This document shows positions 48,147 to 60,812 of a DNA stretch of 64,000 nucleotides, piece after piece; positions within the stretch are counted from its first letter, which is position 1; every line of letters begins with the position of its first letter. The notes beneath the pieces are model-generated. The model was not told where the DNA came from and did no database searches. It worked only from the letters and a program-made list of their open reading frames with translations. Source of the DNA: Negaprion brevirostris. Taxonomy: Eukaryota. The DNA is taken from contig JARDVH010000157.1 of NCBI GenBank assembly GCA_030324005.1, positions 21,608,618-21,672,617 on the forward strand, read 5' to 3'. The translations under genes were made by a program, and so were the position numbers.

Positions 48147-49210
48147 GATTTAAAGGCTGGCCTAGGTAATTTTGTGAATCATATTTATACTTTTATTAAT
48201 GATAAATGCTGGATATTCCACAGCACAATTTAATATCTGTAAAATCATTTAAGACTAGAAAATGCATTGCTAAGCTTGCCTTTTAGATGAACCTTGTAAT
48301 AAAGCATTCTTTGAATGTGTTAAGTGTTTTAAAAACTGCTGAGTGCAATTTCTGAAGTATTGCACAAATATCAATCCTGTGATCTTTCCAAATATAATTC
48401 AGCTAGTGGTGGTTATCTAATTTAAGCATCGCAGAAATTGAATCTTGCTGGGATAGATTGCTGGGTTACTAGCTGGCGTTAATAGTTCCTCATGGTCACT
48501 GATGGGGTCAATTGAAGAATCAGGTTTAAATTATTAAAGGACTGTAACACAACTTTGTGTGTAGAAATGTATAAGATCCATAACCTCAATGAGGAGCAGT
48601 CAGTCAGCAGTCTTTACCATCTGTTGGTGTAATAGTTAGGCTTTTAATTCTGATTGCTATTTACAAATTTGTGCCCTTTAAAAACAAGATGCTATTTGTT
48701 TATCTTCATAAATCTGAAATATTTTAGCAGAATGAAGAGCTGTTACCCACAATGACTTGTCAGTTGTTTAAAGTCTTAGTCTGCAAAGTACTCGAATTTA
48801 AAACTGCTCATTTATTAATCTTTGCCACTGGCTGGCATAATCTAGATTGTGAGTAGCCAGAAAAGGCTAAAACGGTCTGATTTTTGTTATGCCGATCACC
48901 AGAAAGGGTTGCTCTTCCCTGCATCTTAATACCTGTTGGTGATCTAATGGTGCCTTGTAAAAATACTGCTCCAACAAATGGGTATTTTAGGCTGGCCTCT
49001 GACGTCAACATTTATACGTCCTCTCCCATCGATGTTTTACATGTTGTGATGTTACAAGTTCATGACAACATGACAGTTGCTTTTATCTATTTGGACCAAT
49101 TTGCTGGCTGTTATGCCGCTGGGTCCCCCTTGTCAACAGTTTCCAGAAACTAGCAGTGCAATTTTAAAGCAAATTGGCATTCTTTTCTCACCAAACTGAA
49201 CCAAAAAGGT

Positions 49211-49501
49211 TAAAGTTTATTAGTGGCACAAGTAGGCTTTTTTAACACTGCAATGAAGTTATTGTGAAAATCCCCTAGTTGCCACACTAGTTGCCTGTTA
49301 CGGTATACTGAGGGAGAATTTAGTATGGCCAATGCACCTAACCAGCACGCTTTTTAGACTGTGAGAAGAAACTGGAGCACCCGGAGGAAACCCACATAGA
49401 ACGTCGGTGCAAACTCTGCAGTATGAACCAATATGGGAATCGAACCCAGGTCACTGGTGCTGTGAGGCAGCTTTGTTAACCACTGCACCACCATGCCGCC
49501 C
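49211..49501 (-). mobile_element. V-SINE with HE1 head and an alternative tail
   Basis: The reverse complement matches 29255-29506 and 60234-60478; complete 5' end GGGCGGCATGGTGG. Confidence 0.88.
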
Positions 49502-49524
49502 AGGCGAAATCGTGGCAACGTCAT

Positions 49525-49876
49525 CTGAACTGGTAGTAATCCTGTGATGCAGACTAATGTTTTGGGGACCTTGGTTCAAATCCTACCATGGCAACTGGTT
49601 GGATTTAAATGCCATAAATAAATCTGGAATATAAACCCCATCTCAGTGAAATGACCATGAGAACGATCACCAATTGTTGTAAAAACCCATCTACTTCACT
49701 AATGCCCTGTGGGGAAGGAAGTTTATCATCCTTGCCTGACCTACATGTGACTCCAGATCCACAGTAATGTGATTGACTGTTTACTGCTTCCTCTCTGAAG
49801 TGGCCAAGCAAGCCATTTGGAATGGGCAACAAGTGCAGGCCTTGCCAGCTATATCCACATTCCATAAAAGAATAAA
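49525..49876 (+). mobile_element. tRNA-derived SINE (family of 6238-6587)
   Basis: GGGGACCTTGGTTCAAATCCTACCATGGCA...AAAAACCCATCT...GGGCAACAAGTGCAGGCCTTGCCAGC. Confidence 0.8.
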
Positions 49877-51778
49877 TTTTTATAAAAATGACCCAAGAAT
49901 CTGATTGACATTTTTAAAAACAGCTTCAATCTTTCTCCAGTGTAGAAGAATGCTTTCGTAAAAGTCTTCCTGGACTTGCCTTTCTCTTGAAATGTGGTGT
50001 ACTCTTGAGATTACACAGCAGTCAGGTGGTTAATATTAATTAAAGTGGCATTATTAGGGTAACTAACTGCCCTGAAGGGCTTTCTTACAAGGCAAATAAT
50101 AGAAGCATTGTCCAGAAATTTTTTTAAGAGGATGGCTGCCTTTTCTTTTCCTCATGGTTTTCTTATGCTGCTTCTGTCATCTTGCTTTTTGCTCAATGAA
50201 TACAGCATTACCTTTCCCAGCTGCATATGTCCCAGTGCTATTGGATTTGTACCACACAATTTGAACAGCTGAAGCTCGCCCCGGATAACCCTGGATTTGT
50301 TTTTTGTTGCAATGTGGTCCGGATATAAAACTGCAGAGCAGGTCACCCTGTATTTCTGCTGGCTTTCAGCAGCAGAGATATTCAGGTGAACAGTTAAGGA
50401 AAATATCCAAAGCTTTACAAATGCAAATGAATTGTGCCAAATTTTTGCATATCTTCGTTACCTTGGTTTATCTAAACTGCTCTTTTGTCAAGACAGTGCT
50501 GTTTTATCAAATTAAACCATTTTCTGTTCATTAAAATTTGCTGGATGGAAGATAATTTATTTCTTCTCATATATCACTATACTGGAGTCTTTGGAGCAGT
50601 TTCTAGCTCTCTGTCTCATGGCTCAATGAGCTTGTAGTATTCTTTATGCAGCATCTCCTGTGCTCTTTGGCAATCATTGGATTGGGGGGGAGGAACATGT
50701 GGGTAGTTGCATTGGATCAAGGGTGTGATTTGAAGTATGATGAAGGGCATGTGGGGGAGTGGGTAGTAACTAGTTACACTGAGTTGCAGCTGAGATNNNN
50801 NNNNNNNNNNNNNNNNNNNNNNNNNNNNNNNNNNNNNNNNNNNNNNNNTTCTGCAGAGATCTGTGTAAGAGATATTCTTGGAGTGTCCAACCAGTGCAAA
50901 TCAGCCTGTTGGAAGTTCAAAGTTCCAGGCAATTGCAGCACTTGTGCATGTTTTAAGACTTATGTTGGCTTTGGAAGTTCTGCCCCTTTAATTCTGTTTC
51001 TTGCTCCCCAGATGCCACTAGCCCTGATGAATATTTCCAATGTTTTTTGTTTTTATGTTAGTGTTCTAATTTTTCCATAAATCCATTTATCAATGTTTCC
51101 ATTTAGAAGTGAATCAGAGTGCCATTATGCTGTGCTGGAAATAGCTATCCATAAACTGCTTGAAAGACGGCAGTATTGATAATCTGTATTGAAGGTTCAT
51201 GATCTTTATTTCCTTAATAGAGTAGAAGCATCATGAGAAACTTTGTCAGCATCGATGTATGAATGTATTTTTTTAACTGAATCAACTGGAACAGCTCATG
51301 CCTTTTGAGTTTGAACCCTTATTTTTGACTAATTATTGGAGACCTATTTAGTGAACATATTTCACAGGGTTGATTAAGTAATTGAGAGGTTGCATTTGTA
51401 AACAGCAAAACTGTTTATACCAGTCTACCTTTGTTTAAAACTGCATGCAGGCTCAGCTAATCTACTTCATGTTTTGTGCCCATGCCTCTTTATTTCAGAA
51501 GGGCTGCACTGAAAAATGCTGATGGTTCCTGGGGATAGCACTAAGATTAATGTTATTTTGGAGAATGATATTTTGAATTGAACCATAAATGCTGGCCTTG
51601 CCAGTGATCCCCAGCTCACATGAATGAATCCAGTTTAAATGAAGTTGGAAATGTCGTTATGATTTTCTCAGCGGGGTCTTAGTGCAAAGAAATATTAAAG
51701 GAGGACTACAGGCAGCAATACTGCAGAACCAATCCACATTTCAGAATAAATTACATGTAAGAGGTATAGTCGTTTAAG

Positions 51779-52006
51779 AGAATTGCATGCAGAATAAGCC
51801 CTATGATTCTAAATACATACTGATCACATACAGTACAGTCTAATCCTAAATCTATACAGATTTTATACAATATGAACCATGTATTCTTAAATGAATTGTA
51901 TCCAGTGCAAATTCTGATCCTAAATGCATACAGATTGCATGTAATAAGACCAGTGTGGTCCCAAATACATAGATTGCATCCAGTACAAACTCTGATCCTA
52001 AATACT
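51779..52006 (+). repeat. Degenerate ~38-40 bp tandem repeat (~6 units)
   Basis: Recurring (AC)AGATTGCAT...CTGATCCTAAAT(A/G)CAT units. Confidence 0.7.
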
Positions 52007-52574
52007 TTACTTTGGTAACATTCCTTCTCAGCTTGATTCCAGCTTTATGACTCCATTCAGAAATCTGGAATGCATACTCTAAATCCCTAGGTGTATTTTA
52101 AATTGCTTTTCAAACAGCTCTGTACACTGTAGCAGCTCACGATGAGACCATTCAAGGGCACAATAAAAAATATAATGGGATAAATTTATAAAACACTTGT
52201 CTGAATGTCCGGTTCTACTTGTATCAGATATTAAAACCCCACGCAGCTGTTGGAGGTCCGCATTGAATTTGAAGTCTGCTAGTGTGTTGCTCGATGTAGT
52301 TTTCTCTCAAACCCTTTTATGTGTTATCTCATTGTCAGCATATTGTTGTGCAAAGGTGACCAGGGATATGTGACAGGACGTTGGTGGTTTTGCTGTTAGC
52401 AGGTCATTACCCCTCTCCCATGGAGATGATTTGCTCTGTGGGAAACGATGAGGCTGTGTGTGAGAAATATAATAGAGGATAATTGTTGGAAGGAATTACT
52501 ATAAAACTTTGTGCCAGATGTATTTTTCCCTTTCTAGTTGTATTTAATTGATTTTTAAGTATTTGATAGAAAGC

Positions 52575-53205
52575 AAGGTGAGAATGTGAGCTTCGAGGAA
52601 GACTCGGAAGCTGCAAAGTGATGGAGACAAATTAAGTGGGAACAAGGTGGCAGATTGAGTATCCTATGGAGAAATGTGAGATTATTCATTTTGGTAGTAA
52701 GAACAGAAAAGCGGAATATTTTTTAAGAGGGATTGAAAATTCGAATGGTTATGTTCTGCGAGATTTGGGTGTTTTTATGCAAGGAACACAAAGCTGACGT
52801 GCAGGTACAGCTAGCAATTATGCATGCAGATGGCATATTGACCTTTATTGTAAGTAGGTTGAAAGTCTTGCTACATTTGAACAAGACTATGGTGAGACCA
52901 CATCTGGAGTACTGTGTGCAGTTTTGGACTCTGTATTTAAGGAAGGATTCTCCTTGCACTGGAGGCAGTACGTCAGAGGTCCGCTGGGATGAGAGGTTTN
53001 NNNNNNNNNNNNNNNNNNNNNNNNNNNNNNNNNNNNNNNNNNNNNNNNNNNNNNNNNNNNNNNNNNNNNNNNNNNNNNNNNNNNNNNNNNNNNNNNNNNG
53101 TGTGCAGTTTTGGACTCTGTATTTAAGGAAGGATTCTCTTTGCACTGGAGGCAGTACGTCAGAGGTCCGCTGGGATGAGAGGTTTGTCCAATGATGAGAG
53201 GCTGA
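52575..53205 (+). mobile_element. CR1 fragment (gapped)
   Basis: Encodes ADGILTFIVSR...KTMVRPHLEYCVQFW. Confidence 0.85.
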
Positions 53206-53291
53206 TGATGGTTACCTTTTTGTTTTGTAGTTTAACCTTCTTATTTTCAGATACTATAATTGTTCATTCCATGTACAAAATGTTTCTACAT

Positions 53292-53460
53292 GTTAAACTG
53301 CCCCTTAGTATCCAAAATGTGTTAGGTTTGGTGGATTAACCAGATAAAATGCGCAGGGTAACAGGGATAGGGTGGGGGATAGATGCTCTTTTAAAGAGTT
53401 AACACAGAGTCGATGGGCCAAACGGCTCCTTTCTGCACTGTAGGGATTTATGGTTCTATA
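53292..53460 (+). mobile_element. HE1-type SINE 3' part
   Basis: GTTAAACTGCCCCTTAGT...CCTTCTGCACTGTAGGGATTTATGGTTCTAT. Confidence 0.8.
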
Positions 53461-55235
53461 TCAGCAGTAAATTTACATTTGGCTGAAACGTAGGCACAGT
53501 CAGATAATTGAGTAGGGAGACATCTGCTGAAGAGTTGGTGCAACTACAAGAGTGAAATCCTTGGACGAATTTATTTGGAATTTTTTTTGGTGCAAAAAAA
53601 AGTGACACAATCTAATTGAAATTTAAATCTTTTTAATTAGAGCTTGCAGTATAAAGGATATGGGGGTGTGATTATTGTGAAAAATGCCTTGGCATTGCTG
53701 AAGTTCTTGGCTGTTGCCTTTTGCAGTTGACTTTAATCTTCCATCTACTAATTACCTAATGTGTATAGACACAAAAAAGTACTCTGCAACACAATTTTCA
53801 TCTCCCCCTTGAACCTTTTTCCCAGAACAGCTGGAGCAGACTGCTTAATTTTTTTGTTAACCACCACTTCAAATATTTCCTGTTTAAATTAATATGTTGC
53901 ATTTTACTTTTTTCCAATTCCGTTCTGCTTCATGTTGCTGCCTCTATCATTTCACAGCTTCACCAAATTCTCGCCAGTAAATCGAGCCAAAAGTTGGCAA
54001 GTAATTATAAATTGAATCCTGAAATTGTGTGAGTACAGCACATGCCTGGGGCTGGTGATTTACAGAGCATAAATCATTCGCATTGTGTTTGCTGTGACTT
54101 GGCAGTATGGCAGATAGTCCTTTGGGTTGTTTTTCCACAGTGCCAGGCTGTTGCCCTACGTAAGGGGGAGTTTGGGTATGTGGTACACAATTAATTATGA
54201 TGGTATGTAAAGTAATTGTTGTTCAGGCAAGTGCGAGATTCACACCAACCTCGAGTTTGGATCATGTATGGCAAAATAAGTTAGAATTTCATATAAGGGA
54301 ACATTACTGGCAAATCTGATTCAGAAAGAACAATAACACATGAAAATAATTAGAATTTTAAAATGTCACACAGATGTGATGATTTTGGGGTATTGCATAC
54401 ATGCTAGTTCTGACACATCCTTGATCATGGAAACAGAGTGAGCCCATAGCTGTTATTACAGAAGTATCATATTCTGATGTGAAGTGTAGAGACAATACGT
54501 TACAGCAGAGATTGAAAACATGCACTTGAGTCACAGGTTTTTTTATTCTAAGCAATACCAATCTAATTTCAAACTTGCATGTAATTTTTATTTCCATACA
54601 TAAATGCAGCAAAAAGTAGGCTGATATAAGTCCATGCAGCGATGATTAAGATTTTGTGAAGCACTGCAGTTTCAAGTGTACTGAATTGAAAGGACAAATT
54701 AAAACCACCCTCTGGAAAGAAAAAGAACTTGGGTAGCAATTTATCATGTCCTGAGGATATTCCAAAGTACTTCACAACTACTTAGTTCCTCCTTCCTTGT
54801 TATGTAGGTCAATATTCCAAGCAGGTAACATACTTCAAAGACAGATGAACAGAAATTAGGTTGAATGACCAGCTAAACCTTTTAATGATATTGTTTGAGG
54901 GACTTTGCTGCATTTCTTTTGTACTTCACTGAAATGACAGCCAAGATCGAGCTCCCCATTCCTGGTCTATTGGCTGTTCAGCAGGTCAATAGACATTTCC
55001 ACATGAGATGCACATCTTGCACACAGCACCTTGTCCAGTTAAGGTGACTTCAGTAGCCATCAATATCNNNNNNNNNNNNNNNNNNNNNNNNNNNNNNNNN
55101 NNNNNNNNNNNNNNNNNNNNNNNNNNNNNNNNNNNNNNNNNNNNNNNNNNNNNNNNNNNNNNNNNNNCAATATCTGCTGACTGCCCCTGTAAATACATTC
55201 TGGAGAATTGTCCATAAAACCAGTCATGTAGTTTG

Positions 55236-55511
55236 AAAGTTTATTTATTAGTGTCACAAGTAGGCTTACATTAACATTGCAATGAAGTTACTGTGAAAAT
55301 CCCCTAGTCGTCACATTCTGGCGCCTGTATGGATACACTGAGGGAGAATTTAGCATGGCCAATGCACCTAACCAGAATGTGGGGAAAAATTGATGCACCC
55401 AGAGGAAAATATGCAGACATGGGGAGAATGTGCAGAATCTGCACAGACAGTGACCCAAGATTCCTGGTGCTGTGAGGCAACAGCACTAACCACTGTGACA
55501 CCGTACTGCCC
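55236..55511 (-). mobile_element. V-SINE with HE1 head and an alternative tail
   Basis: AAAGTTTATTTATTAGTGTCACAAGTAGGCTTACATTAAC...GCACTAACCACTGTGACACCGTACTGCCC. Confidence 0.88.
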
Positions 55512-56258
55512 TATTAAAGCTTGCTGGCGATGAAAGTGTAACGTGTAGACTTCATACGATATAACGTGTGCCAACAAGAAATTGCAGCAGGGGAAATATG
55601 TTTCAATTTCTCTGGAAAGTGAAAATGGAGCAATTGAGGCATTATTGTGATTTGTGTTTGGGATAGAGGAAATGTATCCTTCCAGCAGCACATCTCTGAT
55701 ATACTGTTGGTGCCTATTAAGAGTGGTGGATGCAAAATTAAAGAAATAACTAATGAACATGCAATTTTCTTCAAGTTTTGACATCTTTAATTATAAATGC
55801 ATGTGATTTTTGCAGATGTTGACTGCCAGGTGGTAGTTAAGTATTTAAACTTTGCTAAATATAATGCATTAAATAATTTGAAGAATGTTAAATGGAAAAT
55901 GGTGTTTATAATATGACTTTAAATAAAGTTTGGAGTCCAGTGTTTTAATTGATCTTAAAATAAAGCAGGAAAGTGTCTTATGGCTGGGGTACAGTGATTC
56001 CACCTATGCGCTATTTGGTGTTCTTCTTCTTCCCAGTAGATTATCATACTCAAAGCAGGGACCTGATGTGTCTGCACAACGCTGAAAGCATGATATCTTA
56101 ATCTGTGGAATTGCAGCAAGAGCCTGAGATCCAGCTGTGGTGTTCATTGAAATACATGAGCAAAATTTTTATTTTAAATTGTTAGGTGATTCGAGTGGGA
56201 CCACTCTGAAAATATGAGCATAGGTATTTCTATTTTGTATTTTTATTTGTTTTCCTGA

Positions 56259-56512
56259 TATAGGCAAGCTAATGGAGAGGATCCTCAAGGATAGGATGTA
56301 TGAACATCTGGAGCGCTGCAATCTGATCAGGGATANNNNNNNNNNNNNNNNNNNNNNNNNNNNNNNNNNNNNNNNNNNNNNNNNNNNNNNNNNNNNNNNN
56401 NNNNNNNNNNNNNNNNNNNNNNNNNNNNNNNNNNNCACTGACAATGGGACGGCGGCGTGGGCTCGTTGGGCCGAAGGGCCTGTTTCCCGTGCTGTGTTGT
56501 TCTAAAAAAAAA
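56259..56512 (+). mobile_element. Young CR1 insertion; only its ends are assembled
   Basis: The left end encodes IGKLMERILKDRMYEHLERCNLIRD (start of RT). The right end is a CpG-retaining tail GGGCCGAAGGGCCTGTTTCCCGTGCTGTGTTGTTCT plus an A-run. A 100-N gap separates them. Confidence 0.85.
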
Positions 56513-56639
56513 TATATCTGTATTTCTCATTACTTGTGACATTTAAAGGTGATGATGATGTGTCTTAAACTGTCACCAATCCTATTAAGATTATGAAATG
56601 GAAAATTCCAAATTACAATTGTTTCTAATGTGTTCTTGA

Positions 56640-56777
<138 letters not shown>

Positions 56778-57289
56778 TGAGTAAACTGAAATGGAAAAAG
56801 TCTTGCCAACCTTTTTAAAATCCAAATATATAATGCAGATGTAAAACATGTATCTATTGCTCCCCTAGCTATGGCCCAGATAATCCAACCCTTGAAGTTC
56901 TGACAGTTCAGCTACTAATTGCACTTGCACTCCTCTTTCAAAAATTCATCCTGTTTGAATTTGATGAATCTGGAAGTTTAGAATCATTTTAGTACGGCTG
57001 TGTAAGAGAAGTTTTGAAAGCAATGTTGCCTCATTGGTGGCTGAATTCTGAATCAAGATACCAGATACTTTGGCATCAGTAGCTTGAGACATAAACAAAT
57101 TAATGGCTGCATTGATTTAAACTTCATTTGTAGGGGTCACGTTATGAGAGTGCAGGAATAGCTGTTTCCATGAGCTGTGGCACTATTCATCTTTTATTCC
57201 TTTCAATTATCGTGCTGCACAGCCCATAATTGCGTAATCCTGGAGTGAAAACTCCGTAGTATGTCCCTGGAAGATTTCTGGTTAAGTAT

Positions 57290-60230
57290 TGGTAACAAAA
57301 CACCAAAAAGTATCAGGAAAATCCTTGATAAAGGAGCAGTTGGAGACAACTGTGGTGGAGCCGAATTCTCAACATGACAACCTGGTTAGTGAGCAGGCTC
57401 CTAATCATCACCTTTGAAGGCATTGCAGATGGTGACTGCCAATATTATTAAAGTTATTGACGACAAACTCGGCTGTTTGGCACAGAATATCAGCACTCAA
57501 CTGCAGAGCTACAGAGTACCCCTAACAGGCTTAATGAAGTAGAGGAAAGAACCTTTACTGTCGAGAATGCAGTTTCCTTGATTGAGGCCCGTTTATAAAC
57601 CTCGGAAAATCGGCTACGTGATATCAGATATCCTGGTTGATCCCAAGAACTGGGGTCAGAGAGAGAATATCCATGTGATCGGTTTTCCAGAAGGAGCTGA
57701 GGATAGCTCACACACAGTTAAATCTTTTGAGAGCTGGCTGCCAGGTTTTCTTAATCTCGACATGAATGCTGAGCGTATTAAACTTGAGGGGGAACATTGC
57801 ATCCTGTCTCGAGGCCTAGGGTCAGTCAACGACTCTGGGTTATTACCATGCATTTTCATAAATTCATAGATCGCCAGAGCATTGGAAGTGGCCAGACTTC
57901 ATGGGGCCTTGCTCTATTATGAAACGACGTCTCATTCTTCCAAGATTTCCCAGCAGTGCTACAACAAAGGTTTTGATGAAGTTAGAAAATGCCTTAAAGC
58001 TATTGGGATGCAGAATGCCCTGCTATATTCTACTACTAGGGGTATATAATATAGATCCTTCTTGACAATCCTACTGAGGCTTTGGCCTTTCTAAACTTTG
58101 TGGAAAGCAACGATTTAGAATTACAATCGTTAGCCCTGCACTTCAGCTGTTGTTACTTACTAATTATGTGTTACTTATTATTGACAGGGATGATTGAGTA
58201 AATGAGCACTGAGGCACAAATTTCGCCTGTTACACTCTCAAAACCATGGATGTCCATTTATCTTTAACGGATTGCATTCCTCAGCTTACTCCTTTTGTTT
58301 GAGAAGTGCACTTTGTGGGCTGTATGGCACTATGTTACTTATCTACTGTTATGACGTTTGCATTTATGATGGTGGAAAATGTTATACAGTGTTCTTTACT
58401 CTAATCATGCTAATATGAGTGGTGCAGTTACAGGGAGGTGGATTAAAAGAGGGTATGAGCATACCCCTCGAGTCTTTAGAGTTGATGAGGAAAATCCCTC
58501 TTAGAACTAATAGTGTGTCACATTTTTTTGTATTTCAGTTATTTTGGGGACAAAAAAATCTGACAATCCTGTAAAGGTACAGACAGGGAAAAGACATGTT
58601 TTGCTTCAATGGCACTTCCAGTGTAGTTGGAGATGAAGAACTACGTTCTAGTGCATATCCAAGTGTGGTGTGAGAATCTCCAGCTGACCAGTCTTTCTTT
58701 TACCTGTGTCAATCTCCTGTGTTCTCTTTGGCTGAATATGCAATGGCAGTAGCTACTTCAAAATTTTGCGCCCAGTATGTGCAGGGAATACATCACCCTA
58801 TTAAAAGAAAGAAGATTTTATCTCTTCTTAAAAAAGAGAAAGTTGACATAGCTTTATTACATGAAACTTGTCTGGACGACTGAGAGCACCTCACATTGAA
58901 GCAGGACTGGGTGGGACAGGTGTTCTTTGCTTCTTTCTCGAACAGTAGTTGAGGGATAGCAATGTTAATAAAAATGTGCTTTTTAGCTTAGAGAATTGAG
59001 TGAAGGACAAGAGGGGAACGTATGTGATAGTCAAGGGGTGGTATATGGGGAAATGTCTTGTTAATAAATGTATTCCAAATTATTTCCCTGATTTTTGTCA
59101 CTAAATTCTACATGCACTTATGGAGCATTATTTCTCTTCCTTTAAACTCCCCACTCTGTTGGGGGACTTGAGTTCAACACTTGAGTGCACTGATTTTGAA
59201 AGAGGAAGTGGCTTCCACCCTGTGGAAGCTTCAATCCTGTAAGGCTCAGTCTGAGGGTTTTGAATGTAAATTTTACAAGGAATTGAAAGACTTGGTAAGG
59301 GATCCTTTAAAGCAGGTCTGCTGCCGCAGTCGCTTTGTAAAGCAAATATTTCCTGAGTCCAGAAATCAGGCAAGAATCCTGAGCAGTGTACTTCTAAAGG
59401 CCTATTTCTCTTCTCTTTTGAATATTGATTTGAAGTTGTCTAAGGTCCTGGCAATGCACCTGGAGTCCCCTCCTCACCGCCTGATGATTATCCAGGAAGA
59501 CAGACACACACACACACCACCACCGTCAGGAGTACCAGATGGGGCTTATAAAGGGCCGAACATTGTGTCATAATGTTAGAAGACTACTTAATGCTGCAGG
59601 AACCCTTCCTCTATATGGCTTGATATTGAAGCCATCCAGTCTTTAGACTTCTTGCAGCCTCTTTTGTTTAGAGATTCCAAAGCTGTCTCGGTTAAGTGTG
59701 AGCCTTTATTATTAATATTAAGAAAGTATGGGGGTGTGTTCCAAAGCTAGAGGGAACATATCTTCAGCTCTTTTTCTCTCATTCTGGGGAACACATATTT
59801 CCTGACAGGCCTCATGGGCCATGGTTTCAATATCTGGAGAGATTAGAGGTTTCTGGAGGTTGGGATACATGTTTGATGGTGCCTTACTGTTATCTTTTGT
59901 GCAGCCATCCCAGCAGTTTAATATCCTGAAAAACTACTCCTCTAGATATTTGCAACTCGGGGACTTTATCTCTAATAAGACAGCTCTTCTTCTTGATACT
60001 AAGATTTCCCAGTGGAAAAAATACTGTTGTCTTAATCAGCAGGTTTTATGATGCTTTATGCTCGAGATTCGATAAGAATACGTTGAATACCCTGCAGTCT
60101 TGGGGGGAAAAGACCCAGCAGTGAATATTGATGAGACATGGGGTAATATTTGGGAATGTGCCAGTAAAATCTTTGTGATAGAACAAAGGAGACTCGGCTT
60201 AAAATATTACACTGGCTGCATATTACTCAA
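57290..60230 (+). mobile_element. L1-clade LINE relic (ORF1, endonuclease, heavily deleted RT)
   Basis: ORF1-like DPKNWGQRENIHVIGFPEGAE...FESWLPGFLNLD...IKLEGEH. ORF2 from 58743 reads MAVATSKFCAQYVQGIHHPIKRKKILSLLKKEKVDIALLHETCLDD*EHLTLKQDWVGQVFFASFS (APE domain). RT remnants EGFECKFYKE and SLLNIDLKLSKVLA. Confidence 0.88.
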
Positions 60231-60233
60231 GAT

Positions 60234-60478
60234 GGGCGGCACAGTGGCGCAATAGTTAGCACTGCTGCCTCACAGAGCCAGGGGACCGGGTGTCTGTGCG
60301 GAGTTTGCATGTTCTTCCTGTGTCTGCATGGGTTTCCTCCCACATTCTGAAAGACATGCTGGTTGGGTGCACTGGCCTGAATAGACACCGGAGTGTGGCA
60401 ACTAGGGGAGTTTCACAGTAACTTAATTGCAGTGTTATTGTCAGCCTTACTTGTGACTAATAAATAAGCTTTAACTTT
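60234..60478 (+). mobile_element. V-SINE with HE1 head and an alternative tail
   Basis: GGGCGGCACAGTGGCGCAATAGTTAGCACTGCTGCCTCACAG...CTTACTTGTGACTAATAAATAAGCTTT. Confidence 0.88.
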
Positions 60479-60482
60479 AGAT

Positions 60483-60812
60483 TCCCAGGAAGACATCTGA
60501 AAAGCTTTAGAGATGTCCACAAACCCTGACAAGGTCAAACATTCCCACCAAGGAATCATGAGCCCCTGACTTGTAGCCAACCCAAATGGAAAAGGTTCAT
60601 CCAGCAAGGTACCAAAGACAGGCACATACTAAGGTTGAATTGAGGCACCAGAAATGATTTACAAACTTCCCAACAACTCATCCAGCCAACCCTCCGATCA
60701 CCAACCGTCCTGCATGCAGATCATGCATTGGAATTAACAGCAATCCCACAACCCATGGAACTAGAGTGGAAGCAAGTCATCCTTGATTCCAAAGGACTGC
60801 CTGAGAAGAATG
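60483..60812 (+). mobile_element. RTE-like LINE 3' end, diverged
   Basis: Ends GAGTGGAAGCAAGTCATCCTTGATTCCAAAGGACTGCCTGAGAAGAATG and has an upstream PKWKRFIQQG remnant; resembles RTE 3' ends from recall. Confidence 0.55.

Noticed and set aside
52914-53185. 86-bp direct duplication (52914-52999 and 53100-53185, one C/T difference)
   Set aside because: It flanks a 100-N gap exactly and is best explained as overlapping contig ends from two haplotypes.
60234-60290. tRNA-like sequences with A/B boxes (also 29255, 6238, 49430-49501)
   Set aside because: These are SINE heads continuing into SINE bodies; no complete cloverleaf, so no tRNA gene is called.
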